Assembly: GCA_013265495.1 (NCBI GenBank)
Contig: MU058718.1
Location: 806,001 to 870,000 of the forward strand
Length of the DNA: 64,000 bases
Reading direction: 5' to 3'
Source: Vicugna vicugna
Lineage: Eukaryota
Shown: piece by piece, positions 26,653-40,642 of the stretch
Numbering within the stretch: position 1 is the stretch's first letter
Layout: every line of letters starts with the position of its first letter
Notes under the pieces: model-generated
The model's input: only the letters and a program-made list of their open reading frames with translations
What the model was told of the DNA's origin: nothing
Database searches by the model: none
Translations under genes and position numbers: made by a program

Positions 26653-29600
26653 TGTGAACTTCTGTGTTTCTAAAGTATTTATGTATTAACCTGACCATAC
26701 TGGAACCAGACATAAGTACTTATTTATGCCTAAAAATGCACTGTTACTTACAGTTTGTTTCCTGCAGTAAAGAAAAATTCTTCATTTGTTCAGTTTGAAC
26801 AAAGGGGAAATCATCTTCATAGTAATGAAACTTTGTAAAGTGTTTCCTTATATTTGTAATTGTTAGGTGGACTACTTCTCTCCAGGGACTTTTTGCACTC
26901 TTGTGACTAATTTCTATAACTTACGGTTCAGAATTTGTTACTATTTACAGACACCATTGGAAAGTGGGTATTAGATTGTGATAGACAACAGTTGCCTCCT
27001 TTTGACAAATACTGGATATTAGCAGTTTATATATGAAAATAGCGTATTATCACTTGTCAAATCTTTGAAATCACTTTGAGATAAAAGACTTGAGTGACCC
27101 AATTTTGAGCTATGAATAATAATTTACCGTAGTATAACCTGCATTACAAGTACTTTTTCATCAATTCCATGCCGCCTTTAGTTTTCTATATCTTTTTAAT
27201 CAAGTCCAGAAACTTTTCATCAATCACTCATTCTTAAGGTCTGGAAGTTAGATTTTATAATAAAGTTACGACTCTTAGGTTTTCTTCTTATGGAAATAGC
27301 ATTTTAGTCTTAGAAACTGATGGATTGTAACTAACCAAGGGCTTCATTCCTAGTTGTGTCATTTCTAGATAGTATTGAATCTAGGTTAATAACCCTTTAT
27401 TTATAAAGCACCTCTTAATGTTGTCCTGTGAATACTAGTTATTTTACATGTGTTAATACCGTGCCTTTGATTTGTTAGCTTTAAAGTTAGTTTAAGACTT
27501 TTACACTGCCAGTATTCCAGATTTGGTGAAGTTAATACTTTTGTAAAGGGTCCAAGTAAAACAATTTTCTAATAAGTGTATCTGAAATTTGTAATAAAAT
27601 CAATTTCCTATTTTAAAAATTCCAACTATCTACTTGAATTGGTGAATGTATGGTAGTTGAGAGTTATAATTTGGGGTATATTTGTAATTAGTTTTGTGCC
27701 ATAGGAAAAAATTACTTATCTTAAAACCTTGGGCATAGTTAATAACATTAACGCATCAATAGGAATCGCATCTTATATCCTAAATGTCAGAAGATATTCT
27801 AAACTGGACACATGTCTTGTTAGATAACGGCATCCTTGGCATTTTTAAAGCAAGGATTCTAATATGTAGTGTACTCTAAAAACATATAAATAACTGTTTA
27901 ACATTATTTTGACATGAATTTGACAAAAGGTCTTGAGACTAGAACTAACCAGATTTGGTGAGTGGATTCTTATATTAAGAATATCTTAATCATTTCAAAA
28001 CTAGCAAAGACTTTTTTTATATTGACGTATTTCCCATTCATAGATGGTTTGCAGTTTTTTTTTTGAGGTTTCTGTGCCAACTTTAATGAAGAGGTAAAGA
28101 TAGTTGGAATTTTCACAATATTGAATCTTCTGTTTCTGACACTGTTTGGCTTCACTAATCAAAAAAGAGGAAGCAATAGGAAGTTAGTTAGAGATGAGGA
28201 AGTGCTTGAGTTGGTATTTGTTTTGATTAATGAACTGCAAGCGTTCTTTATTCCAGTTGCCAGAGAGAGCGCTTCACCCAGGAAGTTTAAGAATTCTTTA
28301 AACAGCTATTTCGATGTTGGAGAATAATGCTTATAATTCTGCAGAAATGCTAATGTAATTCAAGCAAATGGAGACTTTATAATGTTTTTGAATGAAGGAA
28401 ATGAGATTTTTGTTTCACCTGGTTCACAGCAATATGAGAAAGTAACTAGTGCTGCAAGAATGTATTTTTTAGTGAGGTTCCTTATTTTTGTCTTGCATGT
28501 TTTAGGGTTTGTGTGTTTTTATATTGGAAAGTCCTCCATAATGTCGGGTAATGTTGACCTCTACACATGGAACTCTTAGTTCCCCCGTTCTCTAACTGAG
28601 GCAGAGAGCTGTGATAAACCATGCTTTTTTGAGCTTGTCTGACTCCTTATTAATACCATGTATTTTTGCAAGACAACAGATGAGGTTAGGGAATCAGTAG
28701 AGCATTTTTTCACTTCCTCTGTCCTGTAAGGAGTTATAGATCCTTTGCCCTAGAATATTCTCGACTTTTATATAAATCTCCCTTTCCTCTAACCAAATTT
28801 TGCATTGTTCTTTTAAAGTATATTTCCTATTTGGTCTGTTTTTCTACCTTCTCTCAAGTAGTCACTCCAGGTTTCATAATTCCAGTTTTCACATTCCGCT
28901 TCTGGTACAGCCATTCCCATTCAGCCTTAAACCTTAATCTTTCCTTTTTGGCAGCAGCTTTTTTCCTGGGAACCTCCTTCATGGGCTTGTAAGTCAGCAT
29001 TAGTTTTGAAATTGTTGGCCTTGCATAAGTTCTGCATAGCATCTAATGTTGTCAGAATAGAACCAACTAGTAATCACAACATGTTTTTAGTATGGTTTTT
29101 GTGGCAACATAAATGACATATGAAGAAAACTGTTCTCAGGTTACTATGCTGAAATTCCAAACTGTCAGGAGTTTTCAATAGTATTCACTTTGTTCTGGTA
29201 TTGAAGTAATTATGTTAGGAAAAAAGTTGTTTGACTGTTTTTGTTTAATTGACTTCTAAAATAAATGTTCAAATTGTCTATAACTAAAAAGTTTACTAAA
29301 TGCCTAATGCAGTTAAACACACTCTTGTTTAAGAGGGTGTTGCTAAATTTTTTTTTGTCATTACTAAATGATCTTTGTAGCAGAATGTCTCTCAGCACTT
29401 TTCTCTCTCCTTTTGTCTCCTATTTTCAGGAGTCAAATGTAGCCATAAACTGTATCCTGGTCTGACACTTTAACCAAACATTGGCCAGTTAAAGGAGTTT
29501 ATTGCCAAATTGAATTTGGCTTTCTTTGTTTCCCAGCCATATAGATAGTAAGGAAGGTGTACTTTAACATATGTTTGGATTGCGTTAAAACACTAGCAAT

Positions 29601-30315
29601 GTCATTAATCCATAATGTGGACTAGTGATGAAAAGATATTTTCATAAGAGTTTAAATGCTGATATTTGGTGGAAGTAGAGAGTAACTCGTAATCTATCAA
29701 TTCGAATATTCTTAGTATGGTTGCTTTCCCTGTTTGTTCAATAGACTGATAATACTGGAATCTACAGGATTTGAGCCTTTACAGCTAATGTGAAGAAGTA
29801 TCTCAAGCATTTCTGGACAAATCTTATTTTGTATTTCTGGAAGAATGTAAATCTTTTAGGCCACTTAATACCAATGGTCCCAAGTTGAATATTCTTGAGA
29901 ATTCTTGTTTCCTGTTATGCCACTTGACATTTCAAATCAGTGATCATGTTCCTGTAATAGTTAAAACAACTACTTTGAGGTTGTGATAGAAACTGTTTTC
30001 TTGCTTTTTGGAGTATAGTTCATATACATGTAATTACTTGAATATTGTTTGAGATCACTAACATGCCAGGGTAGTTCCCACTGCTTTAGATGGTCCAATG
30101 TAATCTCGTTCAGGAGGCTTGAAACATTAATGGTTTAGTTAGTCTTGTGAATTTTAACAGTTCCCTGTCATCGTTTAACAAAATCAACGGCTGGTGCAAC
30201 TTCTGAAGCTGTGGTTTCAGTCTCTGCGAGTTCATATTGCATGTTTATTTTGGGCAGTCTTCTGTTAAGCATGGTGCTTGTACTGGTTTAAATAAAATGT
30301 TAACATGAAAGGACT
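26653..30315 (+). other. GMFB: GMFB long AT-rich 3'UTR
   Basis: AT-rich stretch after the stop with no repeats recognised. AATAAA at 27259-27264, 27593-27598 and 30291-30296; the last has upstream TGTA and a downstream T-rich tract. Confidence 0.7.
30291..30296 (+). terminator. GMFB: Distal polyadenylation signal of GMFB
   Basis: ttgtactggtttaAATAAAatgttaaca followed by a T-rich downstream element. Confidence 0.7.
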
Positions 30316-31343
30316 TCTAGCTTTTCATTTTTTACTCACCTCCTTTCCCTTTTGGGGTTACTGTTTGCCTGACTCAGTTGTGGCATTTGTGGGAACCACA
30401 CAGATTCAGTTGTTCTCTTTATCTGGAAAAACTGACAGGTAAGATAAGCAAATCACTTGGCAAAAGTAGGATGGAGGGAGGGAAAATAAAAGAAGATTAT
30501 GAAAATTTCTAAAACTTGGGCTGATGCTAAAATGATTTGTTGCTAGGGACAGAAGGCATTATTTCAAGTAATGAACCCTGGCTTTCAAAGGGAAAACTGT
30601 AAGTTAGAGGGGCTTTGTACTTCCTTAGAGATCAGATTAAACTGAAAGAACTTTAATTGAATATAGTTTATCACTTTATTAAATGTCCATTGAAGACCCA
30701 TCCTGCCATTATGAGAGACTATGTCTGTGGTTTGTGTGTCATGGTATCTGTTGAATGAATACAGATAACTGATACTTACGTAGTGTTTAGATTTTACCAT
30801 ATACTAATTGTGATTGATGATGTGGTAGAATCAATTTGTTTACAGTTGTGAAAGGAGCTGTTTATAGCTTCCTGTATCCAAGAATCTCACAAGGACAATT
30901 GGCCAGGCTAGAGAGAGGAAACGTGTTCCTTATTTCTCAAATTTGGCCATTTAGCTACCCAAACAGCCAGCTCCTAAATTTTTTAACCTACATTGTCTTT
31001 TTGTCCTTTTCACTTTTCAGCAACAAAAAAGCGTTTCTAACCACTTTACCCTCCCAGTGAGGGTCCACTCTCATTTGCATGAGGGTGCATCCTGAGTGGA
31101 TACTGTATTCTTGTATAGTATATTTTTAGCTATGTTCTGAAGCCAGTTAGATTAAAAATCTTATTCCTGAGCGTCAGGGAGCTTTCACACAATTCTCTTA
31201 CCCTTTACTTGAGATCTGCCTCTAGCCTACGTGAAAGCTCCCTGCTGAGGTAGCCCTCCTTTGCAATTATAGGAAAGAAAAAGCAGAATGTCTAGATTGC
31301 ATCCAAAAGCCATTTGTAGCACCCAGACAAAGCAAGGAGAAGG

Positions 31344-31345
<2 letters not shown>

Positions 31346-31383
<38 letters not shown>
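31346..31383. repeat. (GT)19 microsatellite
   Basis: Perfect GT run. Confidence 0.95.
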
Positions 31384-31385
<2 letters not shown>

Positions 31386-34300
31386 CGCTTCTAGTGACTA
31401 TTGCCTACACAATTAAGTATAGATTCTGTTGCCCTGGGATTTGGCCCATTCCTTACCTGTAATGAACAGCTGAGCCCACTATGCCACAGACCTTTGTTAG
31501 GTAGAAATGCCTCAACACACTGCTCCTTGCTGAAGGAGTAAGCCTTTAAGCAGCCATGATTTGTTCCACATGCCTGTACCTTTCCGTCCTCAGCACCCTC
31601 CCCATCCTCAGTACACACAGAGTGTCTCACCTTGGTTGATCCCAAGGGCCACCAGCCTCTAAGATTTTGCCTAACTGGTAGCAAACACTGAGCTGGGCCA
31701 ATCGCTTTCCCAGTATCAGATAGTGAACTGTAAAGTACTTCATAAAGAGGTGCTTTATAGCCCAATTCCACATATTGGAAAGATGATCTCATTCTCTTGA
31801 ATAAGGCAGTTAGCAGTGGGATCTGAACTTGGAAAAATGCTATTGGAGGGAGAAGAGGCCATGTGCAACCTACAGAGCAGAGGAAAAGAAGATTCCAGCT
31901 GAGGAAGTAGAGAAAGGAGCAGGTGTGCAGCAAGCAGCTGGATCACGTGAAAGATGGAGCCCCGAGTTGAAGGGCTGTGCTCCTGCCTCCTGGGTTCCTA
32001 GAGCTCCCTTTGATCCAGGACTGTTTCTTCAGTTCCCTCTTTCTGAGGCCTGGTTGGTTGGTCAGCTTTTTCTGGGTTTCTCTTCATGTCTTACTAGAAA
32101 CCCTCCATTACTTAATATAGACATGTTTGTTCACTTGTGTATAAAAATACCCAACTCCAGTGCCATTTCTGGTTTCACCTGCCCCTATTCCCTACATTTA
32201 CACTAATTCCAGCCCAACTTTGATAAAAACATGCACTGAGCTTCATCCCCCACCAACAGAAACACCTCTTCCCCATGCTACTGCTGCTGCCTGCCAAAGT
32301 CAATGATCATTGAAAATCATCTCAAATGTCATTTAAACCATGATATCTGTTGTTTGTTGAACTAAATATAATACCTCCGTTAAACACACAGAGCTTTTAT
32401 GAAACAACTATTATCATTAGAGGGAAAAATTAGAAGATACTAATAAGCAAAAGGAAGAAAAGGTCTACCACCCCAAGAAACTCATGACATTTTTGGTTAA
32501 CTCTTTCTCTGTCTCTGGAGGAATTTTCTGGCCCCATTACTTTTCTGGTCACTCTTAAGAATTATGGAATTACGCTCAATTTTCCAGGTAATAAAAATGC
32601 CAAACTAGTCTAATGTCAAAACTTCATCATCTTACGTTCTTTAAAGCTCCCTCCCTCCCCTCTTCCTTCTAACATTCCACCTCCTTCAAGCTTCTTTCAG
32701 GCTGGGAAACCCACCATGGGGCCTGGGGTGTGGCCTGTCCCTCAATATTGCCCTGCTTTGCTCCTCCATTCACTAGTTGTCCCTGGGTCCTCAGGGATTG
32801 GAGAAGAGGGGCAACGTATGGGAGCAGAAAAAGACAATATCCTGAAACAGATGTAATCTGGAGTTGGTGCCCTCAGGTGGCCAGTGTCAAATACCAACTC
32901 TTTTCCCCCATGGAATGCTTTTGGGGATTCCTTGCTAATGCCCCCACTGGGGACTTTGGCTGCAAGTCCCTTGACTCAGGTCAAGCCTCCTAGGGCTAAT
33001 GACTTTACAACTGCCCCTCTCCGCTCTTGGCTTCAAGTAGTCAACTCTGTTATGGTCCCCTTGTTTCTCCCGTTTGGCATCTTGAGCAGGGTCCCCTGTT
33101 CAGTTCCCTTCCTCGGGGCCACTATCTGGTCTCCAAGAAACATATGTCACTGCCTTGATGGCCGTCAAGGAGGGTGCAGCTTGCTCACTCTGCCATCAGG
33201 GTCAGCTCTCAGATCTGGCCCTTCATACCCCTCTGATCTCATTTTGTCCCATTCTAGCCCACTGCACCTCAGCCAAATTGGCTTATTTTTGTTCCTCCAC
33301 CAGCAAGCTCAGGCCTTCTCACTAGCTGTAGCTTCTTTCTGGGAAGGTAGCCCATGCTTCTCTCTGTGCAGGCCCCACCCTATCCCCTGCAGTATTCCTG
33401 TGGCTGCCTCCTTTATTCTGAACTGAGCTTAATGCTGCCGCTCACACAGCCTCTCCTTGATCATCCATCCTAAGGTAGCAACACATTCACACTCACATCC
33501 CATCTGTTCTCATTCTCCACATAGCACTTACCACCATCTGATATTTTTCTAATTTATGTAACTGGTCTGATGAAGGATTCTTAAATGGAAGAGTATAACA
33601 AATTTTTGGTTGTTTTCTTTCTTTCTTTCTTTTTAAAACTGCTACCTCTGTTCCCTGTCAATCCTGTCTTTTTCCTTGTGGTTAGAAGTCTTCCTTAATG
33701 ATATAATATTTCCATAACATTCCAGTCGCTTAGTTGTTAAAAGTGCTTTTTCTGTTACTAAGATTCAATTCTGTTTGTTTTAAAAATTCCATCACAGATT
33801 TCTTTCAAACTTCTTCCCCCGAGTCAGCACAGGCTGAACTTGTGGCTGGGGTGGTGGGGAGCAGTTGCCCTTGCGTCCCACCTTCTTGCACTGCTGCTCT
33901 CACTTATTCCCCCGGGCATGGGGATGGGGAGGAAGGAGACAGAAAGATGTCAGCTTATACACCTGCCCAGGGCAAGCTGACTCCATTCTCCTGGACTGGT
34001 TTCTCTCTTTGTGCATCACATGCTGCTTCATGGTAAGTAGGTTGCTTGCTTCTGGATGTCATTGCTTCTCTACTTAATACCAGATGGTCGAGGTTCCAAG
34101 AGTGGGGCAAGTATTCAAATGATGATTCTTTCCTAGGGGTCTTTTGAATTTTTTGGATGACTTTTTGGGATTTCCTCATGATTACTCTTTCTATAACTTT
34201 TGTTTTACTGAATTAATAGTGATCATTTCTCCCATTTTCTCAATTTTCAATGTATTCATTGCTTTTTCTCCCTACAAATATCCTAACAGATTAATCAAAT

Positions 34301-36194
34301 GCCTAGCAAGTCTTCCAAATGCTTCAGCAAAGAAAATCTGTCAGTTCTTTTTTCCCCTTGGAGCCCTACTTCCTCACCTCTCTTCCTCCCTCTAAAATCT
34401 GTACACATACTGGATGCTCTAGAGGCACAAGGCCAGCTGTCGTCCTGAGGTTTCCCCTCTTGCTCCTTAGTTGGGGTGCCTTGGTAGGATCCCAGCTATT
34501 CCCTATTTTGTTAACTCATGGTGCTGAGGCTCAGCACATGGGAGGAGAGCTCTTATGTTTCTGGGAATGTTTTCACTCCATCCTCACAGTTGATTGGCGG
34601 TTTGGCCGCTGTGCCAGCTATTTTCAGTTTGCTTCTCCAGAGCCACTCACCGCCCTTCTCCACCTGGGTCTCTGCCCCTAGGAGGCTGAGCTTCAGGAAC
34701 AATGTCCACTGGCTCCCTTGCCTTCTGGTTTCTTTTTGAGTTCAGCCAACCTCTAAGGGGGATAGAGAGTGAGGACAGGGTAGCTATTCCCTCAGTCAGT
34801 CCATGAGGGCTTCCTCCGCAGGCTGTGGTCCTCCATCAAGGTCACTCCTGCACTCAAGGCAGCCCCTTTCAGCATGACCTGCCCTTTCTGAATCCTGGTA
34901 TCCCCCACCTCCCCTCCTTCCTTGGGCCTAGTGATGGGAACAGCAGGGCTTTGAGGACTGCAGCATTCCATGCTTTAGTAATAGCCCTTTTTTCAAATCT
35001 TCCTCAAATTATTCCAATTCAGAGTGCCACTTCTTTCCTGGGTATTAAATTCAAGGATGAAATCATTTTCCCTCAGAGCTTGAAGGGCTTGGCTCCTTCA
35101 CCTTCTACTTTACTATGTTGTTAAAAATCTGATGCCAGTCAGACTCCAGTTTATTTTTAATAAATTGCATTTTTTTTTCCTCATCTGCAGAAGCTTTTTG
35201 GGATCTTCTTATTTCTGGTATTGTGGACTGTGTGGTAAGACTAGGGGTAGATCTGGTTTCATTGTGCTAGTTATTTGATGGACCATTTGAATCTGGAGAT
35301 GGATATTCTTCCGTTTGAAGAAAGTTATCTATCCACTATTTATTTGGTACGAATTAGGTACAGGCTTAATTAATATGATATGTACACATTCACAGTTGCC
35401 AGCAATATTTGTAATTTTATACGTATTGGTATTTTTTCCCTTTAAACCTGTTTGCTACTCTAGAGAAGACTCGCCAAACAAAATCTCACTGTGATTAATT
35501 TCAGTAGTAGCTCTTCATGTAGTTGGTAGATATGAGCTTTTAAATTGTGAAAGTTATGTTTTGTGTGGCAGGTGTTACTTAGATATAACAGGAGGTATTG
35601 ATTAACACACAAAGATGTCTTTGCTTTGTGATCAATTAAACTAGAGCTCTAAGACTACTAATACCAATGGGTTAACTTCTAGCTGGAGATTTCCTAAAAA
35701 ATGCCAAGGCTATTCTAATGCTTCCCCCCCCCCTTAAATTGCCCTTATCATCTCATCTAAGCCCAGAAAGCAAGGATTAGTGACACTTCTCCAGTTTTGT
35801 CTGCTTTATCTCCTCATGTGCAAGTACCTCTCTTTCTCTGAGATCCCCAAAGTTTGCCAATGTTTCTGGGCTTCCTAGAAGTGATATCCTTGACCCCCTG
35901 TAAACCTGTAAGTCTAGAACAACTGCAGATCAGTTCCCAGTGAGAAATACGAAGTGGATTCCTTTTTCCCATTAAAAGAAAAACAGAGGCATATTAAAAT
36001 TTACAAGTTTATGTGAGCAAATACTGATTCAAATCAGGTAGCATCAAACTGGAAGTGGTTAGGAGCTTTCTAAGGGAAAGACTTTTATAGAATAGAGGCT
36101 GAAGAAAAGCAAGGAAATAATTTGGTTCGTTACATGTACTTAAGCATTTGCCTTATTTGGCAAAGCCTACATGGCTGTTTGTGATTGGTTGTTT

Positions 36195-38335
36195 TAGCCA
36201 GAGCAGTTAGGCAAGAAAAAGACAAAGAAGGCATCCAAATTGGAAAGGAGTAAAATTGTCTCTGTTTGCAGATGATATGATTTTAAATATAGAAAACCCT
36301 AAAAACTCCACCAAAAAACTGTTAGAACTAATGAAGGAATTCAGTAAAATTGCAGGATACTAAACCAACATACAAAAATCTGTTTCATTTCTATACACTA
36401 ACAACAAACTATCTGAAAAAGAAATAAAGAAAACAACCCCATTTACAATAGCATCAAAAATAATAAAATAGGAATAAATTTAACCAAGGAGGTAAAAGAT
36501 CTGTACACTGAAAACTAAGACATTGATGAAAGAAATTGAAGACACTGGTAAATGGAAACATACACTGTTGCTGTGTTCATGGATCAAAAGAATTAATATT
36601 GTAAAAATGTCCATACTACTCAAAGACATCTATGGATTTAATGTAATTTCTTTCAAAATTCCAATGGTATTTTTCATAAAAATATAAAAAAAATCCTAAA
36701 ATTTATATAGAACTACAAAAGACCCCCAACAGCCAAAGCAATCCTGAGAATGAAGAACAAAGCTGGTAGTATCATATTCCATATTTCAAACTTTATAACA
36801 AAGCCATAGTATTCAAAACAGTCTAGTACTGGCATAAAAACAGACACAGACCAATGGAACAGAATCAAGAACCCAGAAATAAACCCACACATATGTGGTC
36901 AACTAATATTTGACAAGGGAACCAAAAATATTCAATGGGGAAAAGATAATCTCTTCAGTAAATGGTGTTGGGAAAGCTGAATATTCACATGCAAAAGATT
37001 AGATCCCTATCTTACATCACTCACAAAACTTAACAAAATGGATTAAAGACTTAAATAAAACTTTAATAAAACCTGAAACTATAAAACTCCTAGAAGAAAA
37101 CTTAGAGAAAAATCTCCTTGACACTGGTCTTGGCAATAATTTCTTGGATAGGACACCAAAAGCACAAGCAACAAAAGCAAAAATAAGCAAGTAGAACTAC
37201 ATCAAGCTTAAAGCTTCTGCACAGCAAAAAAACAATCGGCAAAATTAAATGGCAACCTATAGAATAAGCGAAAATATTTGCAAACCATCTACCTAACAAA
37301 AGGTTAATATCGAAAATATGTAAGGAACTCATACAACTCAATAGCAAAAAGCTTCAAACAATTCTATAAAAAAATGGGCAAAGGACTTGAAAGAACTTCC
37401 TCTGAAGAAGACATACAAATGGTCAATAGATACAAAAATAGATTGTCAATATTACCAATCATCTCGGAAATGTAAATCAAAATCATGAGATATCACCTTG
37501 TACTTGTTAGAATGGCGATCATCAAAAAGACAGAGTTAAGTGTTGACAAGGATGTGGAGCAAAGGGAACTCTTGTGTACTGTTGGTGGAAATGTAAACTG
37601 GTATGGAAAACAGTATGGAGGGTCCTCCAAAAATTAAAACTAGAACTACCATATGATTCAACAATCCCACTTCTGGGTATTTATCCAAAGGTAACAAAAT
37701 CACTTTCCTAAAGAGTTATCTGCACCCCCATGTTCATTGCAGCATTATTTACAATAGTGAAGATATAGAAGTAATCTAAGTGCCCATCAATACACGAATG
37801 GATAAAGAAAGTGTCACACACATACCCAGGGAAATATTACTCATCCATAAAAAAGAAGGAAATTCTATCTTTGAGGGCATTATGCTGAGTGAACTAAGTA
37901 AGACAGAGAAAGACAGATATTGTGTGTTCTCACTCATATGTGGAATCTAAAAAATCTGAACTCAAGAATAGTGGGTAGAATGGTAGTTGCCAGGGGCGGG
38001 GGGTTTGATGGTGGTGGTGGGAATGGGGAGATGTTGATCAAAGGATACAAATTCCAGCTATAAGTTGAATGAGTTCTGGGGATCTAATGTACAGCATGGT
38101 GACTATAATTAACAGTACCGTATTAGGTTCTTGAATGTATTGATGAATTGTTGTATTGTCAAGGAAGTAAATCTGAAATGTTATCACCACGCATAAAAAA
38201 TGGTAATTATGTGAGGTGATGAAGGTGTTAACTAAACTTATTGTGGTAATCATTTTGCAGTATATCTATGTATCAAATCATCATGTAATATACCTTAAAC
38301 TTACATGTTATATGCCAATAATAAAGCTGGAAACA
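36195..38335 (+). mobile_element. 5'-truncated, decayed L1 (ORF2 RT/C-terminal region plus 3'UTR)
   Basis: LFADDM reverse-transcriptase motif at 36262-36279, canonical L1 ORF2 sequence with stops and frameshifts, G-rich 3'UTR and AATAAA at 38320-38325. Confidence 0.92.
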
Positions 38336-39107
38336 AGCACTTTAATATATATTAGCTTCCTTTCAATCATTTCCCGTGTATTTTGAAAAGATAATTGTAT
38401 GTGGTATGTTTCCATATAATGTATAATATAATATATACATTCTCCACTTAAAAAGTAATTATTCCTAAACATAATTAGATAATTTTCTATTTTTCTGAGT
38501 GCATATGTCATGGTTTATTTAACAATTCTTCTATTGTTGGATATTTTGGTTGTTTCCAATGCTATTGCTAGAGATATTTTTGTGCAAAAGGCTTTTCCAT
38601 GCTTTGGATTATTTTCAAGACACAGACCTGGAATCCCAGCAGCTATGGGCAAGGAAGCCTTGCCAATACTGAATATTTTCATTTATTTAAAGTACTACCT
38701 AACTTGATTTACCAAAATGATTATCTTTATTTTTAAACTTGCTTTTCTTTGATTACTAGGGAGAGTTGACTATTTTCTCATGTTTGTTAATCAGCCACAA
38801 GTGTAAACTGTGTGTGAACCTACCCTTTGTCCACTCATCAACTGGGGTTTTAGATTTGATTTTAGACTTTTCAATGTACTTATTAATCCTTTGTCTTTTT
38901 TTTTTAAATGGGCATATTTCAGTTTCTTTCTTTATTTTGGTACTTTTATGTTTAAAATTTTTTAATTTATTTTTCTATTTGCATAATTGAATCTGTTGAT
39001 TGGATGAGGTTTTTGTGTGTGTGAGTGATGTAACTGACTGGTTTTAGTTTAAAAAATACACCCATGCCCAGAGATTTGCCAGCCCTATATGTTGTCTTGT
39101 CATTTTA

Positions 39108-39239
39108 TTTTATTTTATTATTTGGAGGGGGAGGTAATTAGATTTATTTACTTATTTTTAGAGGAGGTACTAGGGATTGAACCCAGGACCTTTGTGTATG
39201 CTAAGCATGTGCTCTACCACTGAGCTATACCCTCCCCAC
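39108..39239 (-). mobile_element. tRNA-Ala-derived SINE (camelid vic-1-like)
   Basis: Reverse strand ggggagggtatagctcagtggtagagc…gtcctgggttcaatccctagtacctcc (A and B boxes) with AT-rich tail; imperfect TSD tgtctt(gt/ac)catttta at 39093 and 39241. Confidence 0.85.
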
Positions 39240-40476
39240 CTGTCTTACCATTTTAAACGGCTAACCTTGGATTTACTTAGTTACATGATATAAAGAGAAC
39301 TTAAATTATTAATGTACCTCAATAAGGGTTTTAACATTACCAAAATTTTTTTCCAATAATTTGGGATGCCACTTTTGAAAAATACTCAGTATGTGGAATT
39401 GTCTTTTTGCTGGAATAATTATTCTAATATATTGACATGTCTGTCGACTTTCGTGCTTCAATCATACTTATAATTATTATAGCTTTATCAAATGTTTTCA
39501 AATCTCATAAGGCTAATTTCACTTTTCTATGTTTTCAAAGATTTATTTGGTATTTTCTTGTATTTATTCTTTAAGGTGAGTTTTAAAATAATGCTTTGAA
39601 TCTCATTGGGACTTTGATTACAATTGTGATAAATTAATTTGGACGAAAATGACATCGTTTTAAACCTAGATCAAGGAAAATCTTTTAGCTAGGTCTTTTG
39701 TTTTCCTCAGTGAAGTGGTATTGGTGGCACATGCTCTTTGTCAAAGATTCTGAGTATTTATTTCAATCCAGCTCTAGTCATGGGATTAGTCATGAGATTA
39801 CTCACAATTGCTCACAGTCAGAGGAGACTGACCTGAGGTGGCTGTGCAGGTTAGCCTCATTGGGGTTGGAATATGGTCCAGGAACTGGAAGCTCGAGCTG
39901 CACAGACTGCATTTTCTGGTTTTCACTTTAAATGCAGAAGTGTATGGATCCTCTGCCAGGAGGGTAATGAACTTACCTCCCTGTCTAGTTCCACTGTTCA
40001 TGCTGTCAAACCACCTGACCATCCACTATGTTAGTCTCTTCTCAGTCTCACTGCTTTGCCTTCCTGGAAACCAGTTCGACTTCCCTTTACTCCTGGATCA
40101 TCTTAGCCCTTCCTGCCACATAGCCCCTCTCACTGTGAGTTCAGATTCAGTTCCTATTACAACCCTTTTGGCCTGGGTGTGGTAGCGGCTCTTGGCTACT
40201 GCTGGCTGCATGATCCCTTGTTAGTTTTCTTCAGCCCTGCCCACACCACTGCAAACAGTCCAGTGCATTGCAATGTGGCGCATGACTGGGCTGGCACTTG
40301 CCCTGGCCTAGCCTGGCCTGGCCAGGGTGTGGCCCATCTTCGGAAGGTGAGAGTCCTTGTAAGGTTGGAGGTGAAAGATGGAATCTCTTTACCATTCTAC
40401 GCTCTGAGAAACACATGGAGCTGGTCCAATAGAACTGGAGGAAAATGAGTTCTTTTTAAGTTGTAAACTTGTGGCT

Positions 40477-40642
40477 GTATTTATTTATTTTACATTTTTT
40501 AATTTAATTTTTAATTTGCTTTTGTGAGGGGAGGCAATTAGGTTTATTTATATTTTTATTTTGATGGAGGTACTGGGGATTGAACCCAGGACCTTGTGCA
40601 TGCTAGACATGCACTTCACCCCTGGGCTATACCCTCCCCCTC
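40477..40642 (-). mobile_element. tRNA-Ala-derived SINE (camelid vic-1-like)
   Basis: Same family as 39108; perfect 13-bp TSD taaacttgtggct at 40464-40476 and 40643-40655. Confidence 0.88.

Noticed and set aside
31391..33426. Two 180-aa ORFs (31391-31933 minus, 32884-33426 plus)
   Set aside because: Lie in LTR-like/L2-like intergenic DNA, with no recognisable protein motif or splice structure.
36195..38335. Active reverse-transcriptase gene
   Set aside because: L1 ORF2 is 5'-truncated with multiple stops and frameshifts.
39160..39239. tRNA-Ala-like gene (also 40565-40642)
   Set aside because: Has an AT-rich tail, TSDs and disrupted stems, so it is a SINE rather than a tRNA gene.
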